NCBI GenBank assembly: GCA_040755455.1
Contig: JBFMAY010000062.1
Location: 1 to 14,813 of the forward strand
Source of the DNA: Thermodesulfobacteriota bacterium
GTDB taxonomy: Bacteria; Desulfobacterota; Desulfobulbia; Desulfobulbales; SURF-16
Direction of reading: 5' to 3'
DNA length: 14,813 nt
Part shown: piece after piece, positions 9,715 through 14,813 of the stretch
Layout: every line of letters begins with the position of its first letter
Numbering within the stretch: position 1 is the stretch's first letter
Notes under the pieces: generated by a model
What the model saw: the letters and a program-made list of their open reading frames with translations, nothing else
Databases searched by the model: none
What the model was told of the DNA's origin: nothing
Translations under genes and position numbers: made by a program

Positions 9715-9785
9715 CTTAAGCATCGTAAAAGCTGGGAAAATGACAATGAATTTTCTTGGAACGAATAAGGAATAAGGAGCACTCA

Positions 9786-10391
9786 ATGAAAATCATCAAA
9801 AGAACCACCACAAAAATTCTCTCAACCGTTGCCGCGCTGATGCTTTTCAGTGCCGCTCAGGCTCATGCCGGCTCCGTCACACTGACCGGCGCCATTGACT
9901 GGATAACCGATGCGGACAGTACCAAGGTAACCGATGCTTCACCCGTTACCCTGGAACTCACCTGGGCCAACGACAGCTTGGTGGCCGCGGCCGGCGAATC
10001 CATTGTGAATTTCCGCTCTGACTGGGGCAACACCATGACCTTTACCGTTGGCAGTTTGACCCTGAAGGAAACCCCCACTTTCAGCGGCCCCACGCCTTAT
10101 GCCCATTTTACCGACGGCGTGCTTGACGGTTTTGAATTGAATAAGTTCGATGCAGCGATTACCGGTGTTGCCGGCACCGCATGGTCGATTTTCGCCAGGG
10201 GCTTTGCCCCGGATGACGGTGATATTTTCTGGGAGATCATGGACAACGCCTCCTCATCTGGTGACTGGTTTGAGGGCCATCTTGATTTTCCTGCTGTTGT
10301 AACTTCTTCCGCCGTCCCCGTGCCCGGCGCGGTATGGCTGCTTGGCTCGGCTCTTCTCGGGCTTGGCGGGCTGCGCCGGAAAATGAAGTAG
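9786..10391 (+). CDS. VPLPA-CTERM / PEP-CTERM exosortase-sorted surface protein (201 aa)
   Basis: AAGGAG RBS at 9774-9779, Sec signal peptide ending AQAHA|G, Thr/Ser/Asp/Gly-rich body, and C-terminal sorting signal VPVPGAVWLLGSALLGLGGLRRKMK. Confidence 0.92.
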   Translation: MKIIKRTTTKILSTVAALMLFSAAQAHAGSVTLTGAIDWITDADSTKVTDASPVTLELTWANDSLVAAAGESIVNFRSDWGNTMTFTVGSLTLKETPTFSGPTPYAHFTDGVLDGFELNKFDAAITGVAGTAWSIFARGFAPDDGDIFWEIMDNASSSGDWFEGHLDFPAVVTSSAVPVPGAVWLLGSALLGLGGLRRKMK

Positions 10392-10421
10392 TCTCGTTTC
10401 CTCATCCTCTCTTGTTGTGCC

Positions 10422-10468
10422 GGGCCTCAAAAGTTTCACTCCTCCCCTTACTTTTGAGGCCCATTTTA
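10422..10468 (+). terminator. Hairpin / probable terminator after the PEP-CTERM gene
   Basis: Perfect 13-bp stem GGGCCTCAAAAGT (10422-10434) / ACTTTTGAGGCCC (10450-10462) with a pyrimidine-rich loop, followed by ATTTTA. Confidence 0.7.
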
Positions 10469-10510
10469 TATTCATGGTGCATTTTTCCCCTTCATGGCTT
10501 ATCAAGAAAT

Positions 10511-11335
10511 ATGGAAAGTCATCCTGTTAAGTTTTGGCCCCAAGATGCCCTGCTGAAAATCTTTTGCATTGTTCTTGTTGCCGGTTGCTGGTGGCGCCCC
10601 ATACCCGTGGCCTTTGCCGCTGACCGGGCGGAGGGCAGCGTTGTGCCTGTCTATGGTTATGAGATAGTCGCCAGCTATGACCATGACCCGCAGGCCTTCA
10701 CCCAGGGATTTTGTTTTGAGCATGGCATGTTGTACGAAGGAACCGGTCTTTACGGTCAATCTTCGCTGCGCAGGATGACCCTCGATGGCATGAATCTGGA
10801 GGTTCGGGCCTTGCCGGCCTATCTTTTCGGCGAAGGGATCACCGTATTCGGCGACCGGATTATGCAGCTCACCTGGCAGTCCCGCACCGGCCTGGTCTGG
10901 GACAGGGAAAAGCTGCGGGTTATCAGGTCGTTCCCTTATGCCACCGAGGGCTGGGGGATTACCCATGACGGCCGTTCGCTGATCATGAGCGACGGCAGCG
11001 CCACCTTGTCGTTTCTTGATCCTGATTCTTTTACCCTGCAGAAAGCCATTGTGGTGACCGAGGCCGGCCGGCAGATCACCAGGCTCAATGAGCTGGAGTA
11101 TATCAACGGGGAGATCTGGGCCAATATCTGGAAGGAGGACCGCATTGCCAGGATCAACCCGGCAAACGGACAGGTGACCGGCTGGGTCGATCTGCGCGAC
11201 TTGGCTTTGCAGTTTGCCCCGGGCGATGAGGACAGTGTTTTGAACGGCATCGCCTATGACAGGGAAAATGACCGCATTTATGTGACCGGCAAGCGCTGGA
11301 GCAAGATATTGGCGATTAGGGTCATAAAAAAGTAG
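10511..11335 (+). CDS. Glutaminyl-peptide cyclotransferase (type I, beta-propeller glutamine cyclase), probably exported
   Basis: Motifs HDPQAFTQG, LYEGTGLYG, FGEGIT, QLTW, EGWGIT, SDGS, LNELEY, VLNGIAYD and VTGKRW, with a hydrophobic N-terminal segment. The start is uncertain. The ORF-track start at 10334 overlaps the previous gene and its terminator. Confidence 0.93.
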   Translation: MESHPVKFWPQDALLKIFCIVLVAGCWWRPIPVAFAADRAEGSVVPVYGYEIVASYDHDPQAFTQGFCFEHGMLYEGTGLYGQSSLRRMTLDGMNLEVRALPAYLFGEGITVFGDRIMQLTWQSRTGLVWDREKLRVIRSFPYATEGWGITHDGRSLIMSDGSATLSFLDPDSFTLQKAIVVTEAGRQITRLNELEYINGEIWANIWKEDRIARINPANGQVTGWVDLRDLALQFAPGDEDSVLNGIAYDRENDRIYVTGKRWSKILAIRVIKK

Positions 11336-11370
11336 CTGTGCCGCCTGGCCGCCGTTCAAGCGCCACTTTA

Positions 11371-11417
11371 ACATGGGTGCCTCATAATTAGCCTATCGGC
11401 TTGATTATGGCACCTGT
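11371..11417. terminator. Long imperfect hairpin downstream of the glutaminyl cyclase gene, near the island boundary
   Basis: GGTGCC..ATAATTAGCC TATC GGCTTGATTAT GGCACC inverted repeat. No U-tract, so its function is uncertain. Confidence 0.4.
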
Positions 11418-11598
11418 CATTCCTTAAAGCCCCAAATCGATAAGCCCAAATTATGGAATACACCTCTGTTTTGCACCGAAGTCGCAAGGAAATCTGACAT
11501 TCATAGTAGACACCTTCAGATTTAAAAATAATTTGAAACAAGTAATTAGACGGGGCAATCTCAAGGGATAAACGGTGCGCATGAGGTGCGGGCCAATT

Positions 11599-11655
11599 AC
11601 CTAGCCGAGTCCGTCAGCGCTGCCAGCATTTCCTTCTGGTAGCGTCTGGTTAGCC
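11599..11655 (-). repeat. attC-like (integron cassette) recombination site, degenerate
   Basis: The minus strand reads GGCTAAC-CAGAC-GCTACCAG-(17 nt)-GCTGACG-GACTCG-GCTAGGT. It is 57 bp with an internal palindrome and starts 4 nt after the nuclease stop. The R' core is GCT rather than GTT. Confidence 0.4.
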
Positions 11656-11659
11656 CTAA

Positions 11660-12595
11660 TTAAATGATATTTGCTTTTGCATAATCAACGCTTTCACGGA
11701 TAAACTTTTCAATGCATTGAGCTTGACTTGGAATGCTCCTAGAAAAAAAATGCACCTCTTCTGAATCCAAAAAAAGGAAATTTCGCCACTTGCCAAATTC
11801 TACAACTCCAAGGTCTAACTTCGCTCCATCTGAAACCTTAATTTTGCATTCGGATGTGACCTGTATTGCATTGGGAGTGTCGTAGTAGATCCCAACAAAT
11901 AATTTCTTTTCTTCGATGTAGAAACCATACCATTCCCATCCGGGGCTTGCGCGATAAATTGGGATTTTCTGTGCTGCAAGGGCCTCGCTTACCATTATCC
12001 AAAGATTCTGAAAAGAGCGTAGACCTTCAACTAGTTCGTAGGACACTTTTTCCATAGATAAGTTGCTCCATGTTAAAAAATTTAAGAAATCCTGAATCAA
12101 AAATCGAGAGACAGTTCGCTGAGGGGAAAGACGCAAGAGCTTTTCATAGACATGATGCCAACAAATGCTGATATCCGGAATTTCATCACATGGTAGATCA
12201 TAATAATTGAGATGGTATTTTGTTATCGTTATGAGGCTTGTCCTTTTGGCCTTTTGTTTCTTCAATTCAGATCTATATCGGGAGATTTGTTTGTCCCCAA
12301 ATCCTGAATTCAGCTTAATTTCGAAATAAACCTAAATATCATGAAGACGCAACTCGATGTCAGGGCGACCAGATTGTGTTGAGGCTTGAGTTTTTATTTG
12401 CAAAAATTGAGCATTTTCTCTGGAGAAATCATATTTTGATTCCGTAAGAAAGTTGAGAATCTCTGCTGCAATTTCTGGCTCATTTCTTTGTAAAAAGGAA
12501 AGAAGGTATACAAAGGATTCGGTGGTGTAGTTTTCGTCTTGCCTATAGGCCCATTTAAACAAACTGCTGAAAAGTCCTGGCTCTCTGGATGGCAA
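11660..12595 (-). pseudogene. PD-(D/E)XK superfamily nuclease (about 311 codons) interrupted by one in-frame TAG at 12332-12334
   Basis: ORFs 12332..12595 and 11660..12265 share a frame. Reading through gives GRPDIELRLHDI*VYFEIKLNSGFGDKQISRY, i.e. PD...EIK...QxxRY, with an N-terminal EN-x-TT motif. TTG start with AAGGAG RBS. Confidence 0.85.
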
Positions 12596-12700
12596 TTCTT
12601 TTCTCCTTCACCTTGGGGTAACTATTAGCGGTTTATTTGCCAAGCAATTCATTTAGTGAATTTTTAATTTCTTCTCACCCAAATGGGGAGAATACAATTA

Positions 12701-13255
12701 TCAGAAAAACTGCCTGAAATAATCACGGGCAGCTCCTTGAATAAACGCCGCATTTGTCATGCCATTCTTGCCCCAATTCCAACCATACGCAGAGCCATTA
12801 AGATACAGAAATTCAACGAAATCTTCCAAATTATCGTTTGGTTCCGGCAAGTTCTTTATAATAGAATGCTTTTGCAATGCGGTGAATGGTTGATCAAACT
12901 CCTCATAGTAAATATCGCGCATTCGAAGCATTAAAGGCGTCCATAACGCACCGCCATTTCCATCTCCCCAAGTAAAAGCATAAATATCGAGTAATTCAAT
13001 GAGCCCGATACGCCAAGTAGCATTTGGATCGAAATCTATGACAAGGCGCCTGTCCGAATAACTGTTAACGTTTCCGGTGTGTAACCGTATTAACTCGTCA
13101 GCCGTCACGTGCCATCCTGTGTCTAACGGGCTCCCTTGCTGTTGCCATGCTTGAAAGATAAGATTATATCCTCCAAGGGCATATAATTCACCCGTTGGTC
13201 TAATAATAATTGGATTACCGTTCCCAGCCACCTTTTTGAATAATAAAAATGCCAT
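12701..13255 (-). CDS. Hypothetical protein (184 aa), soluble and Trp/Gly/Asn-rich
   Basis: Strong RBS (AAGGAG, 6 nt before the ATG) and protein-like composition. No family recognised. Confidence 0.8.
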   Translation of the reverse strand: MAFLLFKKVAGNGNPIIIRPTGELYALGGYNLIFQAWQQQGSPLDTGWHVTADELIRLHTGNVNSYSDRRLVIDFDPNATWRIGLIELLDIYAFTWGDGNGGALWTPLMLRMRDIYYEEFDQPFTALQKHSIIKNLPEPNDNLEDFVEFLYLNGSAYGWNWGKNGMTNAAFIQGAARDYFRQFF

Positions 13256-13340
13256 TTTTTTACTCCTTTTGGACGCAGCAAATCAAACCGGGATATCCAA
13301 CTAATTCTCGCAGTATTTTTACGGGAATTAGATTCTTTTC

Positions 13341-13349
13341 TGCTATACT
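13341..13349 (+). promoter_or_regulatory. Candidate extended -10 promoter for the WYL gene
   Basis: TG-C-TATACT matches TGnTATAAT at all but one position, about 60 nt upstream of the ATG at 13409. Confidence 0.45.
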
Positions 13350-13371
13350 CATCACTTATAACAGGGAGAAA

Positions 13372-13386
13372 TGACATAAACGGTCA
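13372..13386. promoter_or_regulatory. Candidate WYL-regulator operator
   Basis: TGAC-ATAAACG-GTCA palindrome (TGAC-N7-GTCA) in the divergent intergenic region. Confidence 0.55.
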
Positions 13387-13408
13387 CACGCGAATAAGAG
13401 ATAAAAAA

Positions 13409-14410
13409 ATGTCGTCAATGCGAGGAATAAACCTCATCAAGCTGATGAAATTGCTAGACCTGCTGAGCAGACCGGCCGGGGCTTCATATGATGAAATGGC
13501 CGAGGAGTTGAATATCACAAAACGTTCGGTTTACCGTTTACTCGAAGTCCTTGATGCGTTGGGTTTTCCTGTAATCGATGAAAAAATTAAGGGGGATCCC
13601 CGAAAAAGAAAAAAATTACTTGAAGACTTCAGAAAAAAACTGCCGAACATGACTGTCCCGGAAATTACCTTTACTAATTCAGAACTTTTTGCCCTTGCTC
13701 TTCTGAAAAACGAGGACTCCGTTCTCCGGGGAACCGAACTTGATCAGGCTCTCGAACAGGTCTTTTCACGGCTTGAAATCATCATGCCCGAGAATCTTGC
13801 TGTAAAACTGAAGAAAGTACGGTCCCTTTTCGTGCGTAAAATAACCGTTGGCAAAACATACGCCGGCCAGGAAAAAATTATAGAACAGCTTTTCCGCGCT
13901 ATTCTGGCTACCCGTCGTTGCACTCTGACCTACCATTCCTTTTCCGCAGACACAGTTAAATCGTACCAGGCGGACCCCTTGCAATTTTTCGAGCACAACG
14001 GCGGGCTGTACCTTTTTGCTCGAGTGGTTAAATACGGTGATATCAGAATATTGGCTATTGAGCGAATAAAAAAAATAGAGACAGAATTAGAATCTTTTGA
14101 CTACCCGGAGAATTTTGATTCCCAGTCATATCTGGAGTCAGCATTCGGGCTCACAATGGACGATGAAATAGAGGTAAAAATCCTGTTTTCAGCAGATCAG
14201 GCCAGGTACATCAAGGAAAGAAAGTGGGCTGTCCAGCAAAAACTAGCTATCCGTCCAGACGGCTCGGTTATCCTCTGGATGCGTACCTCAGGATGGTATG
14301 ATGTGAAACGGTGGGTTCTTTCTTTCGGCTCTGATGCGGAGATTTTGGAACCACCTGAGCTTCGAGAGGGAATCAAACGAGAGATAATGGAAATGGGGAA
14401 GCTGTACTGA
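13409..14410 (+). CDS. HTH-WYL-WCX transcriptional regulator (YafY/PafBC/DriD-like)
   Basis: N-terminal winged HTH (EMAEELNITKRSVYRLLEVLDALGFP), WYL domain (LTYHS...DPLQFFEHNGGLYLFA...RILAIERI) and WCX tail (WVLSFGSDAEILEPPELRE). Confidence 0.95.
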   Translation: MSSMRGINLIKLMKLLDLLSRPAGASYDEMAEELNITKRSVYRLLEVLDALGFPVIDEKIKGDPRKRKKLLEDFRKKLPNMTVPEITFTNSELFALALLKNEDSVLRGTELDQALEQVFSRLEIIMPENLAVKLKKVRSLFVRKITVGKTYAGQEKIIEQLFRAILATRRCTLTYHSFSADTVKSYQADPLQFFEHNGGLYLFARVVKYGDIRILAIERIKKIETELESFDYPENFDSQSYLESAFGLTMDDEIEVKILFSADQARYIKERKWAVQQKLAIRPDGSVILWMRTSGWYDVKRWVLSFGSDAEILEPPELREGIKREIMEMGKLY

Positions 14411-14413
14411 TTA

Positions 14414-14655
14414 CTATGTATATTCTTCATTCCAAAAGAAGCAAAGGTCATACAACCATTCACCGTTGTCAGCCCCAGGGAAGTCAGTGGCGCATACACC
14501 AAAAGGGAATTCCTGAACCTTGGCGAGGCTACAGAGTCTGGATTCACCTCGCGGGTCCACTTGTTCCGTTCCCACAACCAACCATCTCCTTTCGCTACGT
14601 TAGGAATTGTATCAAGACTCTCGCAAATTGCCTTCTCAATAGTGTCGAACATCAT
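14414..14655 (-). pseudogene. Frameshifted, truncated remnant of a hypothetical gene
   Basis: GAGAGGA RBS then MMFDTIEKAICESL...NKWTREV. A 1-nt shift near 14543 continues as SRLCSLAKVQEFPFGVCATDFPGADNGEWLYDLCFFWNEEYT*, ending next to the WYL stop. Confidence 0.55.
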
Positions 14656-14686
14656 ACTTGTCTTCCTCTCTAACATGGTATAACTA

Positions 14687-14813
14687 AGATCTTATTCGTA
14701 AATAAAAGCGGTTTTTTCTTTGCAAAACAGCTATAATTCACCCCATCCAGTAAATCTTATAAAGGAGGTGAATATGGCGCGCATACAAGCATGGGAGGTC
14801 TCCGACTCTTTTT
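14687..14813 (+). mobile_element. Left end of an IS5-family insertion sequence (runs off the window)
   Basis: Terminal-repeat-like AGATCTTATTCGTAAATAA preceded by a CTA/TAA-type target, followed by an RBS and a transposase start. The exact boundary is uncertain by 1-2 nt. Confidence 0.7.
14774..14813 (+). CDS. IS5-family transposase, N-terminal fragment (partial)
   Basis: AAGGAGGTG RBS, then MARIQAWEVSDSF, resembling the WEVSDxxW start of IS5-family transposases. Only 13 codons are visible. Confidence 0.7.
   Translation, partial: MARIQAWEVSDSF

Noticed and set aside
10334..10510. N-terminal extension of the glutaminyl cyclase ORF in the ORF track
   Set aside because: It overlaps the PEP-CTERM gene and crosses its hairpin. 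The start at 10511 gives a normal-sized protein with an export-like N-terminus.
11573..11594. REP-like GGTGCGCATGAGGTGCGGGCC and the AAATCTGA/TCAGATTT inverted repeat at 11490-11523
   Set aside because: Single, short or degenerate copies that cannot be distinguished from chance within this window.
12672..12692. Hairpin TTCTCACCC-AAAT-GGGGAGAA as a terminator between the 184-aa gene and the nuclease
   Set aside because: No U-tract follows on the coding (minus) strand, so termination is unsupported. It has no attC cores either.
14416..14673. 85-aa + strand ORF after the WYL gene
   Set aside because: No clear RBS and atypical composition. The minus-strand frameshifted reading has an RBS and looks more protein-like.
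11336..14813. CRISPR array or tRNA integration site near the WYL gene
   Set aside because: No regularly spaced direct repeats, cas genes, tRNA fold or flanking direct repeat were found.

Overview
Probably a complete small contig from a Desulfobacterota (Desulfobulbales-like) bacterium, since both ends fall in repeated elements: a 5S rRNA on the left and the left end of an IS5-family element on the right. Three blocks are present. (1) Housekeeping core, 1-5540: 5S rRNA with terminator, a C-terminally shortened glmU, zapB, zapA, 6S RNA, a long leader, rny and tyrS. (2) Signalling and surface block, 6055-11335: a soluble GAF-PAS histidine kinase, an NtrC-type sigma54 activator, a full sigma54 control region (paired palindromic enhancer-like sites, an exact IHF consensus and a -24/-12 box), a VPLPA/PEP-CTERM surface protein and a glutaminyl cyclase. 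(3) AT-richer accessory island, about 11400-14813: an HTH-WYL-WCX regulator divergent from an unrecognised 184-aa gene and a PD-(D/E)XK nuclease gene. The nuclease gene is split by one in-frame TAG and bounded by integron-cassette-like core sites. A frameshifted gene remnant and the IS5 end follow. The best candidate for an undescribed system is the WYL regulator plus its divergent 184-aa/nuclease pair, a putative defence or DNA-damage module. All calls come from reading the sequence; no searches were run.
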